This document shows, in pieces, positions 36,380 to 47,556 of a stretch of 49,555 nt of DNA. Source of the stretch: Octopus sinensis (lineage: Eukaryota); contig NW_021834406.1 in the NCBI RefSeq assembly GCF_006345805.1, forward strand, positions 1-49,555. Reading direction: 5' to 3'. The stretch's first letter is position 1, and the number at the start of each line of letters is the position of its first letter. The notes beneath the pieces were generated by a model that saw only the letters and a program-made list of their open reading frames with translations, did not search any database and was not told the origin of the DNA. A program made the position numbers and the translations under genes.

Positions 36380-36540
36380 TATAAATAAGGGCAAACGAAA
36401 ACTTTTCTAATGCCAAATATGCCGAAAATTGGACTTATTGTTCATTACCATATAACTTTTCACGTATATTGTAATGGACAATATGTCCAATTTTCGGCAT
36501 ATTTGGCATTAGAAATTTTTTACGTTTGCCCTTATTTATA
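36380..36540. repeat. ~75-bp-arm palindrome (MITE-like/foldback)
   Basis: Arms 36380-36454 and 36465-36540, about 90% complementary, in a TA-repeat context. Confidence 0.92.
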
Positions 36541-37482
36541 TATATATATGTAAGCATGTAGGTATATATATATTTGTATATAAAGAAAGCAAATGCCAAA
36601 ATTAATATATTAATCGTTACTCAGTATGATAGGCTAAATGAAAAAAAAAAGGAAATAATTCGAGGTAAATCTTATGAGACATTTATGATTTTTCCTAAGT
36701 AGGCTTTAGTCGGAAATCTTTTGTATGTGACATAAAGATAAGAAACAGTTCTTGTAGATGCCGTCAGGTATCAACAGATTAATTTCCCCATAATATTTGG
36801 AATTTTCGAGCGTCTTTATGTTGGTAGTCTTTATTAACTTCATTTTCTTATTTAATAGGTTCTGATCTGTCAACAAAATCTCGAGTGTTTCGCGAGCATA
36901 TAATTGGCAATTCTGTCTGTCACATTGACATCCTTTAGTTGAAGTTTTAAAATCTATGCCATTAGACTATAAATTTAACATACATTCTGCTTAAGATTCA
37001 TAAAGTCAAAGTGTAGAGTAGAAAATTAGTGACAGCGCACATAAAATACGTATTCCTTTTTTAAAAACTTACTATTGATCTTAGATAATATACATTTTTA
37101 TTTAAAGTGTTTCCTACACGTTGGTAAACAACGTTGTTGCAAAAGCAATTCCAGCCAAGGAACAATTATCCATAATTTTATAATTACATCTATAAATATG
37201 GCTATCTTTATGTTGCATATGGCTAGCAAAATTATCATGCATATCGTTATCTCGTACAGCGTTCATGCAACTGGAAGACATGTTTGCTACGCCGCTTTTA
37301 TTTCTGTTACAACTAAGGTTACTGTGAGTTAAATTATTGTCATACTCGGTGTTTAAGCACTATAACTCAGTGGATTAATTTTCATAAAATATATCTACTT
37401 AATATTTACAAGTCACATCAAAAATCGTTGACAATTCACTAGCCACTAAATTCAAGGTAGATAGTTTCCTATAACTAATTAT

Positions 37483-37862
37483 GGAGGCGCAATGGCCCAG
37501 TGGTTAGGGCAGCGGACTCGCGGTCATAGGATCGCGGTTTCGATTCCCAGACCGGGCGTTGTGAGTGTTTATTGAGCGGAAACACCTAAAGCTCCACGAG
37601 GCTCCGGCAGGGGGTGGTGGTGATCCCTGCTGTACTCTTTCACCACAACTTTCTCTCACTCTTACTTCCTGTTTCTGTTGTACCTGTATTTCAAAGGGCC
37701 GGCCTTGTCACTCTCTGTGTCACGCTGAATATCCCCGAGAACTACGTTATGGGTACACGTGTCTGTGGAGTGCTCAACCACTTACACGTTAATTTCACGA
37801 GCAGGCTGTTCCGTTGATTCGGATCAACCGGAACCCTCGTCGTCGTAACCGACGGAGTGCTT
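37483..37862 (+). mobile_element. SINE family A, full length (tRNA-Arg-like head)
   Basis: A-box TGGCCCAGTGG, anticodon-like CTCGCGG, B-box-like GTTTCGATTCC, body, tail GTCGTCGTAACCGACGGAGTGCTT. Confidence 0.92.
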
Positions 37863-38639
37863 GTTGCATTAGTGTTTAGTACTTTTTGATGCTCCTACGG
37901 TAGCGGAATAGGAAATTTTCGTAATATATGTCTTACAGAAACTGTGGTATTTATGCCGCGGAGGAAAGATTGGTGGCATTTGTGCTGCATTGGAAAATTC
38001 TTTAAATATTACAAAGAATATTTTCGATAAACAGTTTTACCAGTGAGAAAATAGTGGATTATAACAAGTAACGTTCCTCTTTCTATTTCTAGTGGGGATG
38101 GTAAATTCCAATTAACAGAGTAATTAAGCGGATTATTAGATACTTCATGCTATATATGATAACAAGGAGAATGAACATTCAAAACCACTGTACGACTCCT
38201 ACAAAAATTTATGTTTATTTACACTTGGTATATTGTAGTTATCCGACACGTGTTTCTATCGCGTTAATTGCGTATCGTTGCATATTTCTATGCAGTGATT
38301 TATGAATTATTAGTACGGTTTCTTCAGGGTGTATAAATATGACATTGTTCAAACAAGAATTTTCTTCCGTTATTAGTTTGAATTTGGCTTGGTAGTAATA
38401 GTAGTAAACCATGACGTCCATTGATGAACTGTTTTTCACAACTTGCGGCCACTAACATTATTATCTCTTATAAGTATTAATATTCTTTATGTATTTCTAA
38501 ATTTATTCACTTACTTCGTTTCCACATGCGGCTTGGGCACTGAAATGAAAGCAAGCGTTGTTTCACATGCATTATTACACACATGTGAGTGAGAACACTT
38601 TGAGATATTTTTGGTACCTAACACATGTCAGATACTGCG

Positions 38640-38743
38640 AGCGCTGCTTCTGAATGGTCAATCCATAGTGATGACCCGAGGTCACGGTGACAGCGCTGCT
38701 TCTGATTGGTCAATCCATGGTGATGACCTGAGGTCACGGTGAC
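38640..38743 (+). repeat. 52-bp tandem duplication
   Basis: AGCGCTGCTTCTGA(A/T)TGGTCAATCCAT(A/G)GTGATGACC(C/T)GAGGTCACGGTGAC twice. Confidence 0.95.
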
Positions 38744-38831
38744 GGCACTACTTTTGTCATTCATAAGTTACAACTAAACGTGAAGAATTTAGTTATTGGG
38801 TTAATAAAATATGGTCGTTTATTCGTGTGTA

Positions 38832-38993
38832 ATAAATAAAATACCAAACTGATTCCCTATGGATACCGTATTTATTACAACTCGTGGCTTGTAAACGTAT
38901 CTAACGAGCTTTCGCTCGTTAAATACGTTTACAAGCCACGAGTTGTAATAAATACGGTATCCATAGGGAATAAGTTTGGTATTCTTTATTTAT
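38832..38993. repeat. Near-perfect ~78-bp-arm palindrome, TTTC loop
   Basis: Arms end AACGAGC-TTTC-GCTCGTT; about two mismatches and one short indel. Confidence 0.95.
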
Positions 38994-39139
38994 CAAATAT
39001 TACGTTGGGAAGGTTATAACCTGCGTGATTTGTAATAATTGATCCATTCGTGTCCAAGAGTTCGATTCAGTAAAACCTAGAACTCAAAAATAAATTTGCT
39101 GCTTGTACGTCATTTTTCATGATGTGTTTCTCAGTTATG

Positions 39140-39523
39140 GAAGCACTTCGTCGGTTACAACGACGAGGGTTCCGGTTGATCCGAATCAACGGAACAGCCT
39201 GCTCGTGAAATTAACGTGTAAGTGGCTGAGCACTCCATAGACAGGTGTACCCTTAACGTAGTATCTTGGGGATATTCAGCGTGACACAGAGAGTGACAAG
39301 GCCGGTCCTTTGAAATACAAGTACAACAGAAACAGGAAGTAAGAGTGAGAGAAAGTTGTGGTGAAAGAGTACAGCAGGGATCACCACCATCCCCTGCCGG
39401 AGCCTCGTGGAGCTTTAGGTGTTTTCGCTCAATAAACACTCACAACGTCCGGTCTGGGAATCGAAACCGCGATCCTATGACCGCGAGTCCGCTGCCCTAA
39501 CCACTGGGCCATTGCGCCTCCAC
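39140..39523 (-). mobile_element. SINE family A, full length, 14-bp TSD
   Basis: GTTTCTCAGTTATG at 39126-39139 and 39524-39537. Confidence 0.95.
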
Positions 39524-39857
39524 GTTTCTCAGTTATGAAGCCTGGAATGCATGCGTTCTATTGACTCGTAATTGAAATGGTTTTCACAAGACGAATATCA
39601 TTAAGGTGGCTGTATTTTGAAGTTTCTTTTATGCAAACTAAAAGTGAATTTTCTGCTTCTTGTTTAATATACCGGCCGTTAGGATCCGTACCTTAAACTC
39701 CTATGCTGCACAAAAGTTACAATTACTCTCTCAACTCTCTCAGCTGTTATATGGCTTCGCTTCGTGGAGTTGGTCACATGATTTTTTAATCGACGGGGCT
39801 TGAAATATCAAATGAATTCCGACTATGAGACGAAGTTACGTTTGCTTTTCATACTTA

Positions 39858-40300
39858 ATTATTATTATTATTATTATTGTTCGACCGTGGTCGAGACAAT
39901 GGAATTTACCATGCTACGCCAGACTTCACGGTCCATCATGGCATTACGGAGGTCCTATTGCTGGATGCCTGTATCCCTGGAGATTACATCAGGGTAGGAG
40001 AGTGTGCGCCCTCTGGTATTGCGAGTAGATGGCTTCCAGAGGAGAAGAGTAGAAATTACCTCTTTTTCAGCTCTACAACAATGTCCAGCAAACTGGACTC
40101 TCCTACCTTTCACAAGAGATGACACAGGTGGTAGTTTCCCATATATTTGCATTTTGGTTGGATGGCGCTTCCACGAGAGATTTTGAGCTCTCATAAGGAG
40201 GCGAGTGTAGGTTCCATCCAACCGCCTCTCAAGCTTCTTTGATAACGTCCAGGTTTCTGAGCCATATAGTAGAATCGGTTCGACTGTGGCTTTGAAGATT
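39858..40300 (-). mobile_element. RTE/RTE-X-like LINE, 3' fragment with (TAA)n tail
   Basis: IFKATVEPILLYGSETWT..DGTYTRLLMRAQNLSWKRHPT..RRVQFAGHC..WKP..VSTTVEQ-stop running into (AAT)n. Confidence 0.75.
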
Positions 40301-40856
40301 TCAAACGAAAAAGTGTATTACGTATCTCGAGATTTGAACAAGTTGTCAGTAAGCCTGAGAAAGATATTTCGTATCACGCTATCAGTAACTTCTACAGCGG
40401 CTCTGTACAAGCTCCGCTATCAAAATTTCAATGTTAAAGGCACAATTTCTTTACACATGTAGCATTTATTTTAGAGTGCAGTATTCCCTTTTCATTGCTG
40501 TATTACCTGTTGATATATTTTTATCTTGCCGGAACGTGAATTATCTTAAGATCCCATGTCTTATCCGATATATACATGCACTCTGTGTTTACCTTTCCTG
40601 ATATTCTATTTTCGTCTGTCTCTATTGCAACGTCTTTCAATTCACACCAATATTGATTTATATCTGTTACTGCGATAATGCAGAGATGCTATACATAGAT
40701 ATTGCGGAAATCTCTTTTCCGCAATACGTTACCCAGGATTTATTGTATCTTGCAAAATATTTCCACACATTCATTTTTTGATATCGAAGTCGGCAATGTT
40801 TCTCAATCAAGGTGGACATTTTAACGAATTCTAGAGGCTTTCTAAATCAAATTCTT

Positions 40857-41303
40857 ATGTGGCAAGAAGCTTGCTTTCCAATCACATGGTTCCAGGTTCA
40901 GTCCCACTGCGTGGCACCTTGAAGAAGTGTCTTCTGCTATAGCTTCGGGTCGACAAAAGCATTGTCAACGGATTTGGTACACGGAAACTGATAGAAACCC
41001 TTCATATATAAATATATATATGTGTGTGTGTGTCTGTGTATGTGTGTGTGTATGCGTGTGTGTTTGTGTGTGTGTGTGTGTGTATTTACGTGTATATATA
41101 AGTATGAGTGTTTGTGTTGGTCCCCTCATCGCTTGACAACGGACATTGGTGTGTTTACGTCCCCGTAACTTAGCGGCTCAGCAAAAGAGAACCGATAGAA
41201 TAAATACTAGGCTTACAGGGTCTTGGGGGGGATTTGTTCCATCAAAACCCTTTCAGGCGGTGCTCCAGCACGGTCGCAGTCAAATGATTGAAACATATAA
41301 GAG
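40857..41303 (+). mobile_element. SINE family B, near full length
   Basis: GGTTCAGTCCCACTGCGTGGCACCTT, internal (TG)n, GGCGGTGCTCCAGCA..TCAAATGATTGAAACA. Confidence 0.88.
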
Positions 41304-41442
41304 AACATAAGTTATACACTGTGCTTGTACTTCTTAGAACTTTTCTTTTAGTTGTTTTAGCCTTTGGACTGTGGCCATGCTGTAGCGTCTCCTTGAAGGG
41401 TATAGTCGAACAAATCGACTCAATACTGAATTATTTTTATAA

Positions 41443-41650
41443 GGCGTAGGAGTGGCTGTGTGGTAAGTAGCTTGTTTACCAACCGCATGGTTCCGGGTTT
41501 AGTTCCACTGCGTGGCACCTTGGGCAAGTGTCTTCTACTATAGGCCCGAGTCGACCAAAGCCTTGTAAGTGGATTTGGTAGACGGAAACTGAAAGAAGCC
41601 CATCGTATGTATGTGTATATATATATATATGTGTGTGTATATATTTGTGT
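41443..41650 (+). mobile_element. SINE family B 5' half
   Basis: GGCGTAGGAGTGGCTGTGTGGTAAG..CCTTGGGCAAGTGTC..GAAAGAAGCCCATCG; ends in its internal microsatellite. Confidence 0.88.
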
Positions 41651-41905
41651 GTTGCATAGGTAAGGGTTTGTTATGGAAGACCAGTAATAATCTAGACAGA
41701 AAATCATTCCTGTTCACACAAGTAATATTGCTCAAAGATGCCCGATACAGTCAGGCACCAAGCGACCTCAGTAAGTAAAGAGACAGAACAAATATTGAAT
41801 GGCATATACACATTAGATATTCGCTAAATCACTCGCAGATTCCTATGATGACACCATATATACAGACTGAGAATTAAGTCCGAAATCTACCGAAGTAGAG
41901 CCAGT

Positions 41906-41954
41906 CCTTACGGATGAGACAACGGAGATTGCCGAAACTGAATTCAGCATAAGG
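41906..41954 (+). ncRNA. Type I hammerhead-like motif (U4G, U16.1C), palindromic helix III
   Basis: CCTTA-CGGATGA-GACAA-CGGAGA-TTGCC-GAAA-CTGAATTCAG-CA-TAAGG. Confidence 0.55.
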
Positions 41955-42162
41955 AATTCTCGAACAGTGATTTTGGACGATTGTAGGTCCTGCCTGTAAA
42001 TATGTATACAATTATGTGCTTTGGCTACATCATTTGAACATTTTAGCTCTTATTTCTAACAATGTAGGTGTTTCTAACATCCTAGTCACATTTAGTGACA
42101 ATTATAGATTTCCTTCTGGTTAAACATTTCAAACTGCTGTTCTCTCTCTTTCTCTGTCTCTC

Positions 42163-42206
<44 letters not shown>

Positions 42207-42221
42207 AATATATATATATAA

Positions 42222-42252
<31 letters not shown>

Positions 42253-42404
42253 TCAAGGACTTAATGAGGAAACACAACAAACGGAAATATTTTATGAAAA
42301 CAGAACAAACGGAAAGTTTGACAAAACCATCGTAAACGGAAGTTTCGCGGCTGATTCCTCATCCGTCAATGTCCAAGACATCCAAGTAGTTTCGCAACTC
42401 ACAT

Positions 42405-42446
<42 letters not shown>

Positions 42447-42911
42447 ACACACACACACACCACATACACACACACACATACACACACACAAACACACACA
42501 CATACACACACACACATATAATATACACAAACACACATATATATACACACATATAGATATACATATACATACCATATTTTATCTATACATGTGGATGTGT
42601 ATAAAGTGGGGGAGTGGGAGAAAGAGATAGGGAATGATAGATAAATAAATATATACTTTGATAGATCAGTACACAAGCAGACAGATAAATAGATAGATAG
42701 ATAGATAAATAGATAGATGTGCGTATTAAAGCGTTTGTTATTCCACTAGATTATCTATATCTGAAACTTATCCAACTGGCAGACAGAGTGGGTTAGATCC
42801 TGCTTAATCATGTCTGACATTTTTTCAGAAGCATTGCTATCTTGTCTCAACGTCATCAATATAGTGACATAAATTTGCTCTTGACGCATTCTAGTTCCCA
42901 TGCTCGCGTAC

Positions 42912-42949
<38 letters not shown>

Positions 42950-43179
42950 TATATTATATATATAGTTAGCGGCTCATAATTTATGGTTAGCTGTCAGAAG
43001 ACGAATTGCTTCAGACTAATTTAGATTTAAGTCTCTGAAATATAGATTGAAAACAAAATGATGAAAATAGGCTTAAATAAATCAGTACAAACATTATATA
43101 AAAAATTCGAACATAGTTTAGGAGTCGTACTATTAGTAGTATTACTATTACTGTTGATTTAATGAGAAGTGGTTAGTTG

Positions 43180-43348
43180 ATTTACATAAACCCCAGTACA
43201 GGGCTGGTACTTACTTTATCAACTACGAAAAGATGAAAGGCCAAGTCGAACTTAACGGGATTGAATTCAGAACTTTCAGACAGATAACAATGCTCTCAAG
43301 TATTTTCTTTGACGGCGTGCTAACGATTCTGCCAGTTCGCCGCCTTAA
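43180..43348 (-). mobile_element. SINE family C, diverged, tail missing
   Basis: GCGTGCTAACGATTCTGCCAGTTCGCCGCCTT head and GATGAAAGGCCAAGTCGA body. Confidence 0.75.
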
Positions 43349-43539
43349 ACCCAGTTGTTTAAGGGCATCGCTAACAGACTAAACAGTTCCCTCGTCGAGA
43401 TTGGTGTAACTACGTGGTCTGCATTAATTCAGTTATTTGCACGATTGGAACACCTAGGATAGTAAGATGTCTAGGGAAACTGGTTGTGAGCCGAATAAGG
43501 ACACTGATTTGATTCTGAATGTAAGACATCCGTGCACAC

Positions 43540-43671
43540 CATGAATAATAATAATATAATAATAATATCACTAATAATAAAATATGATGAGAGATGATGA
43601 TGATGATATGATAATGATGATAATATAATGATAATGAATAATGATACATAATAATAATAATTATATATAAA

Positions 43672-43704
<33 letters not shown>

Positions 43705-43810
43705 TAATAAAATAATAAATAATGAAATAATAATAATAATAATATAATAATAAAATAATGATAATAATGATAATAATAATAATAATATAATAATAATAAT
43801 AATAATAATC
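43540..43810. repeat. Degenerate (AAT)/(GAT) microsatellite abutting the Tx1 3' end
   Basis: Direct inspection. Confidence 0.9.
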
Positions 43811-44089
43811 AATTCTTTTTTATTGGCCACAAGGGCTGACACGCATGATTACATAAAGGGACAAGACAGGACGAAAGGTTACAAAGGGTTTTGCCGTTTT
43901 TAAAAACATCGAGTAAAAATCTTTATAACAACTTATAAATTCAAACAATGAAAAACTCCCAAAAGGGGGAGACGTCTCGAAAGGTTCCTGGTGGAAAAAA
44001 CCCTACAAAAGCCAACGGGAGCCTGGTCAAAAAAAGGGGGTGTAGAGAGTCCCCTTTCTTCTCCTTTTACATTACCTTTTTCTTTGAAA

Positions 44090-47000
44090 TCACAGGCGAA
44101 ACCTGAGAACTGGTCCATTTATACAGGCCAGTCTCGCACAATTCACCCACCTTTCATAAAACTTGCTATCGGACAGCACTTTCCTCTCTAACCTCATCTT
44201 CCTTTTCAAGTGAAACTTGAAAAAGTTGATGAGGCCTTGACCAAAGAGGAAAGTGTCTGTCTTTAGCCCTTTCAAACGAGTCCACCACACACCTCTTTCG
44301 CCACAGCCACTAGGCACAAGAAACGGCCTCGCCCTCCTTGTTAAAGGAGGTCGGCGGGGCAATCTTCACTATGGATTCGGCCGATAGTCGGATCCGTCCT
44401 ACACGTGACAGTAGCTGTTCGACATAAACCCATATTTCAGCAATACTCGGGCACTGAACGAGTGCGTGCAGAACGGTTTCGTCGTCCTGGCAACACCTCG
44501 GGCAGGCCCGGCTGACGGCACTTCCGTGCCGGTAGAGTTTATCTCGAACAGGCAGAGCCCCTCGGTAGCACTGCCAGGCGAGAGACCTCTGGAAATTATC
44601 CATCGGCCCCGGCCCGAAAGTCCTCCCGAACAGACCGCTCAGTTCGTCGTCTTCAACGCCTAGAGTTTCCCCGAGAACGTCGTCGCATTTTTCCTCCACT
44701 AACCCTCTATAGAACGCTAGAGGGAGCTGTAACCGACCGCATTGCCCGCCTGGCGGAGGGCGGAGAGGGCTTGACGGCACTCGAGGTGCCAAGCGCCCTT
44801 TCTCGGTCTACGTTTGATCCAGGTCTGCAGCTCCGTCAAAGAGACGAGCTGCGGAAAATCGCGTCTGACAAAAGACGACCACACCTGTTCACCGTCTAGG
44901 AAGCGCTTGAGATGCCGCAGCCTGAGCGCATGTCTGCGCAACAGCAACCACGGCATTCCAAGGCCTCCGTTCAGCGGTCGTTGACAGCAGATGGATCGCC
45001 TGACCAGTGGCACCTGACCCTTCCACAAAAAGTCGAAGAGCAGGCGTACCAGCTTGGCCAACCAGCGGTCGGGACAAGGGACGACGGTCAAGCGGTAATA
45101 GATGACGGATGCGATGTACGCATTCGCCACCTCCGCTCGACCTTTCAGGGACAGCTTCCTCTCGGCCCATTTCTGGGTGAGACGTGCCACCCTGCTCGTC
45201 ACCTCTTCCCAGTTCTTATCCACCTGGAGGTCCGGACCGAACCAGACCCCGAGCAGTTTAACGGGTCCGTCTGTCCAGCGCCCTACGACGCTGTTGGACG
45301 GCATGGGCTTGCCTCTCCAGGTGCCCAGTTGCAAGCCCACAGACTTTTCCGCGTTAATCTTTGCCCCTGTCACCGCTTCGTACTGGTTTAGCGTCTCGCC
45401 AATCAGGCCAATGTGCCTGTGGCTCGACACCACCACGGTGACGTCGTCGGCATAAGCAGACACGCTGTTTCCGCCTCCTAGATCGCGCGGGATACCCCTC
45501 AAAGCCTCCAACTTGCGCAGTAATGGCTCGAGAGTCAAAATGTACAAGAGGGAGGAGAGAGGGCATCCTTGGCGGACCGAACGCGAGATGTCGAACGGTT
45601 CCGAAAGGTGACCGTTCACCCGTATCACCGAGCAGATGTTGCTGTATAAAGCAGCGATCCACCCGCGGAAGACTGGACCGAAGCCGGCTGCCCTGAGGAC
45701 AGCTGCCAGGTACCGATGGTCGACCCTATCGAAGGCTTTACTCTGATCCAAGTTGATCAAAGCCCCACCCGCGCCAGCGTCGTTACCCACCTCTCTATGA
45801 TGTAGCGCATGAGATGGAGGTTGTCGTGTATCGACCTGGTCGGCACGGCGCATGTCTGCGTCTCGCCGACCAGCTTGTCCACGACAAGCGCCAATCTCTT
45901 GGCTAGCACCTTGGCCAAAATCTTCAACTCTGCATTGAGCAGAGTGATGGGCCGGAAATTCCCTATAACGTCCCCCTTGTTTGGGTCCTTCTTTAGCAAA
46001 GCCACCACCCCTCGACAGACAAAAGCAGGAATTCTCCCGTTTTGCTGCCAGTTGCAGTAGACGTTTGCCAACAGGTCCGCAAACAAGTCTGGCATTGAAA
46101 AGTAAAGCTCGTAGGGCAGACCATCCAACCCGGCGATCTACCTCTCGTGCAACTCTTCATCGCTTCCTGTACTTCCCAGGCAGATATCGGTCCTTCGCAG
46201 CACTCTGCCTCGCTGTCCGAGAGTTGCGGCAGTCCGTCCAGGTACACACCGAAGTCTGTACCGTTGGTGTCCGTTCCACCGCTCGTCCCAAACAGTTGAG
46301 CAAAGTGCCGCTGAAGCACCGTACACATCTGCTTCGGTTGGGTAACCTCGCGCCCGTTCTGGTCCACCAAAGACCGAATGGTTGCTCTGTTGCCTCGCTT
46401 CGCCTCCGCCACGCGGGCCCATCGAGCGGCTCTAGTCCCCTCCCCGCTTAGCGAACGTGCCTTAGCTCTGACAACGCAGCCTTCGTGTTTGGCGTCGAAG
46501 TGTTGGTCGAGGGCCAACCTTGCCGCCAACACGTCGGTCGCGATGCCAGTGTCAAGAGCCTCGTCTAGTTTCTTAACTAAATCCCGCTCTCTCTTCCTAC
46601 GTTCAATAGCTAGAGTCTTACTATACCTAATCGACTCTACTCTAATTGCTCTCTTGAGGGCAAACCACCAGTTGTTGTTGATGATTGCCCCCGTGAGCGC
46701 CCGCTTAACTAGTAAACTAATCCGGTCTCTGTAAGCTTTGCACGCCGTTAACGACGCGTTCAGCTTCCAGTAGCCGGGTCCCTGTCTATGTAGCCTATCT
46801 AAGTCGACCGTACAGATCACTAATTTGTGGTCCGTATATTCGACTAGGTGGAATTGTGGACACCCTACGCTGTCCTTATCCGCTGGCCTACAAAACACTC
46901 TATCTAAGTACGATCTAGACGACCCGATGCGGTTTGTCCAAGTCCACATTGGCACATTCGGGTTGTCTAGTCGAAACCTGTCGGACAGCTGAAAGCGGCC

Positions 47001-47518
47001 GAGTAGGTTGGCGAGGCTCTTGCACCCCCCCCTCTCCTATCAGACGCTCCCCTGCCCACCCGATCGAAACGTTCGTCTAAGACAGCGTTCCAATCCCCAA
47101 CTAGTACTAGAGTGCGTGACGTTCCCAGGAAAACTTCCAGACGTTTGAAATAATCCGACTGCCCTGCTCCTGTCGGAGCGTAGGCAGCCAGCAGTCTGAA
47201 AGCACCGCCGTCACTACCGTCGACGTCGAGGACCACCAACTTACCTTCCGGATCCAAGAAGACTGTCCTTATTTTCAGGTCCAGGCCCTTCCGAAACAAC
47301 ACCGCAGTACCACCACCGCCCGCTCCCGGCCGACACGGAGATAGAAATATCTCGTATCCGCCGAAAAGGGCTGCGAGTTCCTGCGGGTCGGAGAGCCTGG
47401 TTTCACTGATGGCTGCTACATCCACATCATGAAACCTCAGGTCGTTTAACAGGTGACCCTGTTTCCAAGGTGACCCGAGGCCTCTCACATTCAAGCAACC
47501 GATTCTAAGATTTGCCAT
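44090..47518 (-). CDS. LINE ORF2 (APE endonuclease, reverse transcriptase, C-terminal CCHC), split by ~6 single-base frameshifts
   Basis: NVRGL, ISETR, YAP, GDWN, SYLDRVF, DH; RPITLLN, LDQSKAFDRV, RQGCPLS, YADD (45443-45454); CPRC..ETVLHALVQC. Segments match ORF track 46967-47518, 45993-46955, 45757-46128, 44717-45853, 44310-44792 and 44090-44362. Confidence 0.9.
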
Positions 47519-47556
47519 GTTTCAAAAGTTAGGGGAAAAAAAGGAGAAAAAAGGCT

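Noticed and set aside
37483-37560. tRNA-Arg(TCG)-like sequence
   Set aside because: No acceptor stem, and it continues into a SINE body present in several copies; a SINE head, not a tRNA gene.
39858-39900. RTE-like LINE tail as partner of SINE family A
   Set aside because: The LINE ends GTCGAACAA(TAA)n and family A ends GTAACCGACGGAGTGCTTCCA; no shared tail is visible.
40700-40727. 11-bp hairpin as a Helitron 3' end
   Set aside because: No CTRR terminus at the expected distance and no 5' TC end identified.
44912-46734. Plus-strand ORFs overlapping the LINE (e.g. 44912-45391, 45981-46451)
   Set aside because: Expected antisense shadows of a GC-rich coding sequence, with no independent motifs.
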